A program made the position numbers and the translations under genes. From positions 1 through 58,280 of the forward strand of contig CAZMOT010000003.1 in the NCBI GenBank assembly GCA_964568065.1: a stretch of 58,280 nt of DNA, read 5' to 3'. The first letter of the stretch is position 1, and the number at the start of each line of letters is the position of its first letter. A model generated the notes under the pieces. That model had not been told where the DNA came from. It saw only the letters and a program-made list of their open reading frames with translations, and searched no databases. Source of the stretch: an uncultured Anaerolineales bacterium (GTDB taxonomy: Bacteria > Chloroflexota > Anaerolineae > B4-G1). This document shows positions 18,216-26,551 of this stretch, piece by piece.

Positions 18216-20045
18216 ATGGAAGCGGAGACGATGACGATTACAGAGAAGCTATGGAGAGGAATGAGGGCAGCCCATGCCGGGCGGAACGCGGAGGCTCAAG
18301 CTGCTTTTCAGGCCGTGCTGCGCGAGGACCCGACCAACGAGACCGCGCTGGTATGGCTCGGTTACCTGGCCGACGACTCCCGCGCCAGCCTGAACTATAT
18401 CACTCAAGCGCTGGAGGCCCATCCACAGAGTCCACGCATTCACGCGGCGCTGAAGTGGACGTGGCGACGTACTGCTGCTTCCACCTCGGAAGCGGCCAGT
18501 GAAGAGCGTGAGTCCACTCCCCCAGTGCAGTCTTCCCGACGCCGACGGCGCTGGAAGGTGTACCAAACAGGGTTGGCCGCACTGTGGATGGTGCTCATGA
18601 TGTTTGCGCTGGTTGGATGGGTGATCAATCCACCGGCGTGGGCGGAGCCTCCGGCCGCAGCGGCAATGGCTGTCAGTTCTCCCAGTCCTCCCGCGCCGAT
18701 GACTACCGATCTTGACCTTCCTTCGGCGACTCCCACTCCCACCCCCATCTCTACCCCTGCCGGGACGCCATCTTCAACCTCTCCTGCATTCACGCCGACC
18801 CCCATCCCGACACCGACAACACCTCCTCCTCCGGGCGCTGATTTTGTGGTTCCAGAACCGTTTCCTACCATTGCCCCGACCGTCCTTGCTGCGGTCTCCA
18901 CTACGCTTCCCATTCCCACTCCTGTACCACCTGTTGCGGTGGCTGCCGACGCCATCAACATCGTCGTCCTGGGCAGCGACCAGCGGCCGGATTGGTCGGA
19001 GTGGCACACAGATGTCGTTCAAGTTGTCTCCATTCAGCGCGACCGGGGAGCAGTTTCTGTGATCTCCATCCCACGCGACCTATACCTCTACATCCCTGGC
19101 TTCTGGATGAGCCGGATCAACTTCGCCGACTTCTACGGGGAGACTTATGGCTACGAGGGAGGTGGCCCGGCGCTGGTGCGAGACACGCTGCTCTATAACC
19201 TGGGCATCCGGGTGGACTATTACGCCCGCACCAACTTCGACGGTCTGATTGGCGTCGTGGACACGGTAGGTGGAGTGGACATCCCCGTCCACTGCCATCT
19301 CAGCGACCACTGGCCCTATCCAGATGAGAACGGAGAGTATCCCATTCTGACCCTGGAGCCGGGGATACACCACATGGACGGGGAGACGGCTCTCTGGTAC
19401 GCTCGCTCACGGCTGACCACCAACGTCTTCTCACGCGAGCGTCGCCAGCAGCAAGTCCTCCAGGCTATCTGGCACAAGGCACGGGATGCAGGGATGCTCT
19501 CTCAGATTCCGGCTCTATGGAGTCAAGGGCAGGATATGGTGGAGACGGATCTGACGTTCACCGACATCCTGGATCTGGCACTGATAGCTCTCACTCTGGA
19601 GGACCAGAATGTGCGCTTCTACAACATCGGCGCGGATGTGTTAGACCCGTGGGTGACGCCCCACGGCGGATGGGTCTTCCTTCCCCGGTGGGAGGACGTT
19701 CAGCCCCTCCTGGCGGAGGCCATGGCCCCCGCTCCTGAGGCCCGTCTAGGCCGTGTCTACCTGACGGTTGATGTGTGGAATGGGACGCCTAACGAGGGCT
19801 GGGGCTGGCTGGCGGCGGATCGGCTGTATCGGGCTGGGTTCCCGGCGGTGGTCAATGAGGCAGACCGGCGGGACTATGCTGAGACCCAGTTGATCGTCCT
19901 CACCGAGCACACCAAGGGCACTGGGGTGGGGTACTTGCAGCAGATGTTCCAAATCCCAGATAGCCAGGTAATCCACCAGCCAGGTGGGTCCTCCCAGTTT
20001 GGCTTTCGCCTGATCCTTGGGGCAGATTATCAGACCTGCCCTTAA
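18216..20045 (+). CDS. TPR-like domain / TM / Pro-Thr-rich linker / LytR-CpsA-Psr (LCP) domain / LytR_C-like domain protein
   Basis: LCP core NIVVLGSDQRP...HTDVVQVVSI...VSVISIPRDLY. One TM segment (LAALWMVLMMFALVGWVI). The C-terminal V.VWNGT...AD...Q..I segment is typical of LytR_C. An alternative start is at 18231. Confidence 0.82.
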   Translation: MEAETMTITEKLWRGMRAAHAGRNAEAQAAFQAVLREDPTNETALVWLGYLADDSRASLNYITQALEAHPQSPRIHAALKWTWRRTAASTSEAASEERESTPPVQSSRRRRRWKVYQTGLAALWMVLMMFALVGWVINPPAWAEPPAAAAMAVSSPSPPAPMTTDLDLPSATPTPTPISTPAGTPSSTSPAFTPTPIPTPTTPPPPGADFVVPEPFPTIAPTVLAAVSTTLPIPTPVPPVAVAADAINIVVLGSDQRPDWSEWHTDVVQVVSIQRDRGAVSVISIPRDLYLYIPGFWMSRINFADFYGETYGYEGGGPALVRDTLLYNLGIRVDYYARTNFDGLIGVVDTVGGVDIPVHCHLSDHWPYPDENGEYPILTLEPGIHHMDGETALWYARSRLTTNVFSRERRQQQVLQAIWHKARDAGMLSQIPALWSQGQDMVETDLTFTDILDLALIALTLEDQNVRFYNIGADVLDPWVTPHGGWVFLPRWEDVQPLLAEAMAPAPEARLGRVYLTVDVWNGTPNEGWGWLAADRLYRAGFPAVVNEADRRDYAETQLIVLTEHTKGTGVGYLQQMFQIPDSQVIHQPGGSSQFGFRLILGADYQTCP

Positions 20046-20322
20046 CCCCATCGACAGCACCTGCTGCGATACCTTTGCTGCCTGCGCAGCCCAGAGTAGC
20101 TTTTTCGGCACTAACACGCGGGCCAAAGGCGCACATAATTGAGGGAGTGTTGAGATAAAGAGCAAGTCCAGCGCCGGTTGAGTGGAGCGAAGCGACGTAT
20201 CGAAACCAAGTGGGCTGCCCGTAGAGCCGCTTGCTTGGTCTCGATGCGTTTTGCTTAACAACCAGCTCACAGTGGGAGGAAGGAGAATCTCTCCCCTCAT
20301 TCCTGTGGATGAACTCTAACGT

Positions 20323-20350
20323 GCAACACCATTGTAACACAACTGTAACC
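20323..20350 (+). promoter_or_regulatory. Triple 11-bp-phased hexamer direct repeat TGCAAC-N5-TGTAAC-N5-TGTAAC (site 2)
   Basis: Hexamers start at 20323, 20334 and 20345. An AT-rich -10-like TATATT at 20373-20378 lies 22 nt downstream. The site is upstream of the bactofilin gene. Confidence 0.6.
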
Positions 20351-20417
20351 CCTTGTCCGCTCGCCCTATGTTATATTGCCTAGTGATGGCTCAAAACTAC
20401 CTGGAGCGCTGAAAGCC

Positions 20418-21644
20418 ATGGGCAAGGAACGACGGCACACGCCAGACACCACGGTCGGTCCGCAGGCCGCCTTGATTGGACACATGGACACTGATCAGCC
20501 ACTACGCATCTATGGGATCTTTGAAGGCGATCTCGAAGTCACCAACACGGTCTTCATTGATAAGGAAGGACTGGTGAACGCCAACGTCACGGCCGATCAC
20601 GTCATCGTGCAAGGGGTCGTCATCGGCAACGTCTGCGCTGAACGGGTCGAAATCCGCGCCAGTGGCAAGGTTTGGGGCAACGTCTGCGCCCAGAGTTTCT
20701 GTGTCGAGTCAGGCGGTTTTATCCGCGGGCAAGTTATTATCTCCCGCCAGACCGAGCACCAACTCAATACCCGCTTTCTAGAATCACTCGCCGACCCCAT
20801 CGTTCCCCCTCTGCAACCACTGTACGACGATGACCTGGATCACCTGTCGGCCGAACCGGAAGAGATCGCCCAAAAAGCCTCGGCTGTAGACGGCCTGCCG
20901 ATATCTCCCCAACCGGTGCACAGCAAGGAATCGTTGATCCGTGTCGCCGAAGCCAAGAACTGGACGAGCTTTCCACTGCAACTGGGGCTCCAGGCCGTTC
21001 GGCAGGCCTTGGCGGAGCAGGAAGCGTTGGTAGCGACTTTCTCCGCCAACATAGCCCACACCGGCAGCGAACGCGAAACGGCGCTGGTGCAGCACAACAC
21101 CGAACTGCGCGACGAACTCAAGTGTTCGCGCGTGACCGCCTCACAGCACCTGCAGAGCCTGGCCGAACTCCAGGTCGAACTGGACGAGACACGTCTGGCT
21201 CTGGAGACAGCCCAGGATGAGATCTCGCACCTAAACACTAACCTGACTGAGGCCAATGCTCAACTCCAAGGCCTGAGTGATGAGCTTGCTCGCAGCCAGG
21301 CTCGCTACGACCATCTGGTTGCTGAGACCCCCAAGGCGTCTGAGCAACTTCACAGACAACTGGCCGAGGCTAAGGCCGAACAGGATCGGGCGGCTGCCAA
21401 CTTCAATGCCGCCCTGGCCGAAAAAAAAGAGGTAGGAATCGCCCGCTTGCAGGCCGACCCTAAGACAAGCCGAAACCAGGTTGAGCAACAACAACAGGTA
21501 CACATCGCCTACTGTCTGACCTGCCACGGCCAGCGCCCCATGGCAGACGTGCGTGAAATCGTCATGCCCGACGGCCGCCGTACGGTCAAGGGACGCTGTA
21601 CTGCCTGTGGTGCCAGTCTCCTCAGCCTGATACCTTCGAACTAG
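20418..21644 (+). CDS. Bactofilin-domain protein with a long coiled coil and a C-terminal CxxC...CxxC zinc ribbon (DUF5679-like)
   Basis: The N-terminal beta-helical repeat (IFEGDLEVTNTVFIDKEGLVNANVTADHVIVQGVVIGNVCAERVEIRASGKVWGNV...) is typical of bactofilin/CcmA. The central part is Q/E/A/L-rich. The C-terminus reads CLTCHG...CTACG. I chose ATG 20418 because the track start (TTG 20376) overlaps the putative -10. Confidence 0.75.
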   Translation: MGKERRHTPDTTVGPQAALIGHMDTDQPLRIYGIFEGDLEVTNTVFIDKEGLVNANVTADHVIVQGVVIGNVCAERVEIRASGKVWGNVCAQSFCVESGGFIRGQVIISRQTEHQLNTRFLESLADPIVPPLQPLYDDDLDHLSAEPEEIAQKASAVDGLPISPQPVHSKESLIRVAEAKNWTSFPLQLGLQAVRQALAEQEALVATFSANIAHTGSERETALVQHNTELRDELKCSRVTASQHLQSLAELQVELDETRLALETAQDEISHLNTNLTEANAQLQGLSDELARSQARYDHLVAETPKASEQLHRQLAEAKAEQDRAAANFNAALAEKKEVGIARLQADPKTSRNQVEQQQQVHIAYCLTCHGQRPMADVREIVMPDGRRTVKGRCTACGASLLSLIPSN

Positions 21645-21671
21645 GGGGCTGTCTGGGAATGGCTGGCCGCC

Positions 21672-21764
21672 GTGGCTGTGCTGGCTGCCATGGGCCTGGT
21701 CCTGAGCGCGGGCCTGCTGGCCGAGCACTTTCTCATCGCCCTGGCGCTGAGCCACCAATCATAA
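21672..21764 (+). CDS. Candidate small hydrophobic peptide (24-30 aa)
   Basis: It is absent from the track because it is under 60 aa. The frame reads (V)AVLAAMGLVLSAGLLAEHFLIALALSHQS-stop with strongly G/C-biased third positions. Starts could be GTG 21672, GTG 21678 or ATG 21690. There is no clear RBS. Confidence 0.3.
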   Translation: MAVLAAMGLVLSAGLLAEHFLIALALSHQS

Positions 21765-21788
21765 TGCAACACAAGAGAGTAATGAATC

Positions 21789-22340
21789 ATGACCTACATC
21801 AAACTGGTCGTCACCGGGCCTTTTAGTGCTGGCAAGACAGCGCTCATCAATAGCGTCAACGAGATTCGCGGTGTGAACACCGATGTGGACATCGACGCAG
21901 GCCGCCAAGTCAAGCAGCAGACGACGGTGGCGATGGATTTTGGCCAGATCACGTTGCCCGATGGCCCCACGCTACACCTGGTTGGTACGCCGGGACAACA
22001 GCGATTTGCCTTCATGTGGGAGATGCTCATCATCGAGTGTAACGGCATACTGATGCTGGTGGACAGCAGCGATCCAAGTAGCTTTGCCGAGGCCAGGCGG
22101 ATGTTCGATTTTTTTGCTGTTCGTGCCAATGGCGTTCCGATGTTTGTCGCCGCCAACAAGCAGGATTTGCCCGGCGCGCTATCGCCTGATGAGGTGAGCC
22201 AAGCACTGAACTTGGTCGGCCTTGGACAGGCGGGGCGTGCGGTTGCTCTGTTGCCACCCCCGGGCTGCATCGCTTGCGACCGAAGCAGTGTATTGTCCGT
22301 CTTGGAAGCGATAGTGCCCTACCTGGCAGTCGGCCACTAA
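21789..22340 (+). CDS. Small Ras-like GTPase of the CvnD/MglA-like (ATP/GTP-binding protein) family
   Basis: G1 TGPFSAGKT, G3 LVGTPGQQRF (Asp replaced, as in conservon CvnD-type proteins) and G4 ANKQD. Length 183 aa. Confidence 0.8.
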   Translation: MTYIKLVVTGPFSAGKTALINSVNEIRGVNTDVDIDAGRQVKQQTTVAMDFGQITLPDGPTLHLVGTPGQQRFAFMWEMLIIECNGILMLVDSSDPSSFAEARRMFDFFAVRANGVPMFVAANKQDLPGALSPDEVSQALNLVGLGQAGRAVALLPPPGCIACDRSSVLSVLEAIVPYLAVGH

Positions 22341-22406
22341 GTGAAAACGGGAGGGTAACTGCTCAGCCATAGCTCCAAAAGATAGCCGATATAACACACC
22401 TGGCTC

Positions 22407-22489
22407 GGCCTGGATTGCCAAATCCAGGCCAAAGGCGATGAGATTAGATCGAATCAGTCTTTCAGCCGCCGGATCGCCAGATCCGGCGG
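22407..22489 (+). other. Two GC-rich perfect hairpins in the GTPase-Roadblock spacer
   Basis: Hairpin 1 is GGCCTGGAT-tgccaa-ATCCAGGCC (22407-22430). Hairpin 2 is CCGCCGGATC-gcca-GATCCGGCGG (22466-22489). Neither has a U-tract. Confidence 0.5.
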
Positions 22490-22523
22490 GAGCGGGTGAG
22501 TAGTTACACAGGAGGAAACGAAA

Positions 22524-23345
22524 ATGAACGAATCGCACAGAGGTGCCTTTTTAAAGGGAATTCTGCAGGGTCTCTATGGCACTCAGGGGAACATCCCCCC
22601 GGTACCAATGGGGGATCCTCTGAACAGCCTGCTGGGGCAGGTCATCCGACGACGGCCCTACATTTCGGCTCTGGCCCTGATCAGCCCCGGCGGACAACTG
22701 TGGGCCTCGGCGCTGCCGGGCGGCGTGGAGGCGGAAAGTGTGGCGGCGATGGCCGCGCCCGTCGCCTTGCTGGGGCGGCGTGTTGCCCTGGAGCAACTGA
22801 GATCCGATATGCGCCAGGCGTACGTCGAGGGGGAGGGTGGATACGCCATCTTGCGGGCTATCGGCGAAGCAGCAGTTCTGCTGACCATCGCCTCTGCCGG
22901 CGCCAACCTGGCCCTGGTCTTGCACGACGTGGATCTGCTTGAGGGTCACGTGGCCCAGATCTTGGGAGTCACCGTACCCGAGTCGGGCAAGTGGACTGAG
23001 GCTGCCACGTCCATCGAGCATTTGCGCAGGCTGATCAGCGAGAGGCCGACGTCTGAGGTGCTAGAGGAACGCCAGGATGACCTACGGGCCAAGCTCAACT
23101 CACTGGACATGGGCTTCTACCAGAAGCGAGTGGCTGCCATTCGTGCCAGACTGCAGGATCCCACCCAACTCGAAGAGATCAAGGACCTCGAAGAAATCGA
23201 GGCCGAGTTGCTGGCACTAGAGAGGGACGTGATGGCTACGTTAGAACAAGAAATGGTCCCTGCGACTGAACGGGCGGACCAACAGAATTCACTCTTGAGG
23301 AGGACACTTAAATGGTTAGCGTCGATGATCGAATCCGAAGACTAG
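22524..23345 (+). CDS. Roadblock/LC7 (MglB/CvnB-like) domain protein with a C-terminal coiled-coil extension
   Basis: AGGAGG RBS. The N-terminal region ISALALISPGGQLWASALPGG...AYVEGEGGYAILRAIGEAAVLLTIA follows the Roadblock pattern. The C-terminal roughly 120 aa are charged and helical. Confidence 0.72.
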   Translation: MNESHRGAFLKGILQGLYGTQGNIPPVPMGDPLNSLLGQVIRRRPYISALALISPGGQLWASALPGGVEAESVAAMAAPVALLGRRVALEQLRSDMRQAYVEGEGGYAILRAIGEAAVLLTIASAGANLALVLHDVDLLEGHVAQILGVTVPESGKWTEAATSIEHLRRLISERPTSEVLEERQDDLRAKLNSLDMGFYQKRVAAIRARLQDPTQLEEIKDLEEIEAELLALERDVMATLEQEMVPATERADQQNSLLRRTLKWLASMIESED

Positions 23346-23773
23346 GCGGGTTGCTGCGCCAGGTGCAGGGACTCACGCCTAATATCGAAGCCTCGGCTAT
23401 CGTCAGTCCCGAGGGATTGGTACTGGCGTCGGCCTTGCCAGCCGGCACCGACGAGCAGGAGATTGGTGCTATGTCGGCGGCCGTGCTCACGCTGGGCGAG
23501 CGCATTGCGAGAGAGCTACTGTCGGGTCAGGTCAGGCAGGTATACGTCGAAGGAGAGGGCACCGGATATGTCTTTTTGACCTCCATCGGTGAGGAGGCTA
23601 TCCTGGTCACATTGGCCAACCCCGACGCCAAGCTTGCTCTGGTCTTTATGGACATGGGGCGCATCGCCTCCGAGGCCCAGAAGATCTTGCAGGAGGACAT
23701 ACTGGCCGTGACTCAGGCCGATCAGCAACCAGCAATCAGTGTCCAGCAACCAGTGCCCAGTGCAGTGTCGTAG
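23312..23773 (+). CDS. Roadblock/LC7 (MglB/CvnB-like) domain protein
   Basis: GAGGAGG RBS. SAIVSPEGLVLASALPAGTDEQEIGAMSAAVLTLGERIA...VYVEGEGTGYVFLTSIGEEAILVTLA. It overlaps the previous gene by 34 nt. Confidence 0.78.
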   Translation: MVSVDDRIRRLGGLLRQVQGLTPNIEASAIVSPEGLVLASALPAGTDEQEIGAMSAAVLTLGERIARELLSGQVRQVYVEGEGTGYVFLTSIGEEAILVTLANPDAKLALVFMDMGRIASEAQKILQEDILAVTQADQQPAISVQQPVPSAVS

Positions 23774-24073
23774 CCAATCCGCCTACTACATTACCTCGAC
23801 CGTGCTGTGTCATCTGCTGGAGGCCAGCCTCAAGCTGCAGCGGATGGGATCACCGTACAGCGATGAAGTAGTGGAGTGCATCATCGAGAAACTGGGACAG
23901 TCGCTTTCCTCTGTGTCGTACGGTAGGGTTGCGCCGCTAGCAAGGACCCATGTATGGAACAGAAACGAGCTACCTGGCGCTCTTCACCTGGTTCCCTGTA
24001 TGATCCATATTCAGGGTGTAAGGTGCAGTACCCAGCGCCATAGCTCTTTATGGTAGTCACCAGAGTGAGAACA

Positions 24074-25900
24074 ATGAAACCCATTCAGATTTCTGTAAAC
24101 CATCGTCTTTTTGCCGCCTTAGGGCTCGGGGCGATCCTGGCGCTGCTGTTGCTCACAGTATCCCAGGTCGGGGCTCAACCCCCTGTACCTCACGACATAG
24201 TCTTCCTGATTGACAACAGCCAATCGGTGCGCACAGGCGAGGGAACACCAGATGGACAGCCCACCGATCCTGCACTGGTGCGGTTACGCCTGACCCGCTT
24301 TGTGATCACCGTGCTCGGTCTTGACCCCGCCAGTGCCAACCAGCGCGTGGGAGTGATCAGTTTTGCAGACCACACAGAGACTCTGATGCCAATGACACCG
24401 GTTCAGGATTGGTCAAGGGCGGATTTTGCCGAGATCCGCGCGGTAAGACAGGGAGGAACAGACTTTGCGCTCGCCCTGGACGCTGCCTCAGAGATGCTCG
24501 CTTCCGACTGTTCGCCAGACGTCCGTTGTTGTGACGCCATTATGGTAACCGACGGAATCTTCGAGAAATACAAAGCTCGGCGAGACCAGCAGGCGACCGA
24601 AGATGCCTTGCAGAGTCTGCGCTCCCGCGGCGTATCGGTACACCTGTTGACGTTTGGAGCGGGAGATCAGAAATGGCAGGAATTCCTGACCGACGACCTC
24701 ATTTCTACCTACCAGCCGAGCGTCACCTCGGCCCCTCCCGACCAGGTGTACGGCACCGTGCTCCGCAATCTGGGAGCTGAAGCGCTGCTGGCCGGCCTGA
24801 CGCCTGTGGAGGTGGTCGGTGAGGAGATCGTTGCCCTGACCGTCCACAACTTCCGCACCTGGACGCGCTACCAGATTTTGCCGGACTCACCGCTGACCGT
24901 GACGTTCCTCCACGCAGGCCAGGTAGTGACGCCGGTCGTGGTGGGCACTGAGTACACGTTGTTCCAGCCGCAAGCCGGGGAGTGGAACGTGCGGCTGCAG
25001 GGTGATGGACTGGCCTACTACCAGCAAACCGGTGAGGGCGTCGCTGACCTTTCGCTGTACCTGCGTGCACCGGAGGGGGTCTTGACGTTGGGGGAGGACG
25101 TAACAGTGCGCGCTGGGCTCACAGCAGATGGTGCACCTGTGACCGACCTGATCCCCTTCACCATTACGGCGGCAATCAACGGTGCAGCGGGTATCATCGG
25201 TCCGCTGAACCTGGAACTGGATAAGACGATTGGCCTGTTCGCAACCACGGCACCGGCGGACCGGTTCAAGAGCGGTGTGTACACCGTGACACTGGCGGCA
25301 CAGAGCAGCGTTCCAGGCTTAGGGGTGCAGCCTGTGACGGAGCAATTCGAGATAGCCGCACTACCGACGCTTGCAATGACGGTAACGCCGACCGGACCAA
25401 TCCGGCCCGGGCAGTCTGTGCATGTGATTGTGACAGTTGAAAACTGGAGACCGGGATATGTGCCCAGGCTTCGATTTTATGGCCCTGCGGCGGTTAGCAT
25501 CGACACACCCACCTGGAGCACCCAAGGGACGGGAGTGTTCACCGGCACGATAACGATGACTTCTGGCATCACGTCCTCTTTCGCCATAGTAGCTCAACTG
25601 GTGGGAGGAGCGGGGACACCTGCGGGCGAACTGTTTGACGCTATTGAAACTACACCGCAACTTGTTGAATTCACCACGATGTCCCCAGTTGTTATGACAG
25701 CCCAATACTCGATGTGGCTAACGATCCCTCTGTGCGCCTTGCTCACCATCGGCGCATTTGCTTGGTGGCGCTTTTATGGCACAAGTAGACAACGAAAACG
25801 ACGAATAAAACAGTTGCGCGACGAGGTAGAGACATTGGCCCGTATAGTGGGAGAAGTACCAGAGGAGTCTGGTGCTATTATTGAATCGTGGAATGTTTAG
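24074..25900 (+). CDS. Membrane-anchored von Willebrand factor A (vWA) domain protein
   Basis: N-terminal signal or TM segment, then the MIDAS motif DIVFLIDNSQSV. It continues with beta-rich repeats, a C-terminal TM segment (WLTIPLCALLTIGAFAWW) and a basic cytosolic tail. Confidence 0.75.
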   Translation: MKPIQISVNHRLFAALGLGAILALLLLTVSQVGAQPPVPHDIVFLIDNSQSVRTGEGTPDGQPTDPALVRLRLTRFVITVLGLDPASANQRVGVISFADHTETLMPMTPVQDWSRADFAEIRAVRQGGTDFALALDAASEMLASDCSPDVRCCDAIMVTDGIFEKYKARRDQQATEDALQSLRSRGVSVHLLTFGAGDQKWQEFLTDDLISTYQPSVTSAPPDQVYGTVLRNLGAEALLAGLTPVEVVGEEIVALTVHNFRTWTRYQILPDSPLTVTFLHAGQVVTPVVVGTEYTLFQPQAGEWNVRLQGDGLAYYQQTGEGVADLSLYLRAPEGVLTLGEDVTVRAGLTADGAPVTDLIPFTITAAINGAAGIIGPLNLELDKTIGLFATTAPADRFKSGVYTVTLAAQSSVPGLGVQPVTEQFEIAALPTLAMTVTPTGPIRPGQSVHVIVTVENWRPGYVPRLRFYGPAAVSIDTPTWSTQGTGVFTGTITMTSGITSSFAIVAQLVGGAGTPAGELFDAIETTPQLVEFTTMSPVVMTAQYSMWLTIPLCALLTIGAFAWWRFYGTSRQRKRRIKQLRDEVETLARIVGEVPEESGAIIESWNV

Positions 25901-25920
25901 GGCACCGTGCTGATTCCGAA

Positions 25921-26197
25921 CTCACCTTTGACCAATGCAAATTGGGGATCGCGCTGTTGGTGGCGGAGCGACTGTATCGAGCCGGTTCCCGGCAGTGGTC
26001 AGCGAGCCGGACCGGTCGAAATACGCCAAGACCTAGTTGGTCGCCTTCAGCGAGCACGTCAAAAGCGCCAGAAGGGAATACCTGCAGCGGATGCTCAGGT
26101 TCCAAACAGCCAGGTGCTCCACCAGTCAGGTGGGTCCTCCGAGCTTGGCTTTCGTCCGAGCCTTGGGGCGGATTATCAAACCCGCCCTCGACCCTAG
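25921..26197 (+). pseudogene. Decayed fragment of a third LCP/LytR_C copy (last 80-90 codons only)
   Basis: The nucleotide sequence aligns by eye with the 3' ends of 18216-20045 and 27306-30752. The homologous peptides are split over three frames (AERLYRAG / QLVAFSEH / QVLHQSGGSSELGFR..LGADYQTRPRP-stop). There is an in-frame TAG where the intact copies have CAG (gaccTAGttg). Confidence 0.7.
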
Positions 26198-26275
26198 CAA
26201 TGCTTCTAAATCCCAGAGCGACAACGCGGTCACCACGACCTGGGACGGTCTTGCTATTCTCCTGGCCTTGTTCTC

Positions 26276-26303
26276 AGTAACCAGCCTGTAACATGGCTGT
26301 AAC
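26276..26303 (+). promoter_or_regulatory. Triple 11-bp-phased hexamer direct repeat AGTAAC-N5-TGTAAC-N5-TGTAAC (site 3)
   Basis: Hexamers start at 26276, 26287 and 26298. TATAAT at 26325-26330 lies 21 nt downstream. The site is upstream of the ParA / PAS-GAF-LCP operon. Confidence 0.6.
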
Positions 26304-26551
26304 GTCCTCCCACCTAAAGCTATGTATAATAGAAGCGCAATAAATGCTTGCATCGCCGCTGTGCTGTGTCAGACCTTACACGTTGGGCGAGGATGTGACG
26401 GAACTGATCATTACCGTCTCCGGTTGGGCGGAGGTCAGCGAGTAGTTCGACAGCCAAACCTGCTGGGAGTCATCCTGTCCTCACACGGTGATGGAATAAG
26501 GTAAGTCATACGTAAGCGGTACCCTGGGTTTGTTGGAGGGTGAAATTAGCT

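Noticed and set aside
20376-20417. TTG 20376 as the start of the bactofilin gene
   Set aside because: This start would overlap the putative -10 element (20373-20378) downstream of the nGTAAC repeat. ATG 20418, with GGAG 13 nt upstream, fits better. This remains unproven.
23739-24056. 105-aa plus-strand ORF in the Roadblock-vWA spacer
   Set aside because: It has no motifs and no RBS, and the codon bias fades in the second half. I cannot support it as a gene. It may instead mark a 300-nt untranslated spacer.
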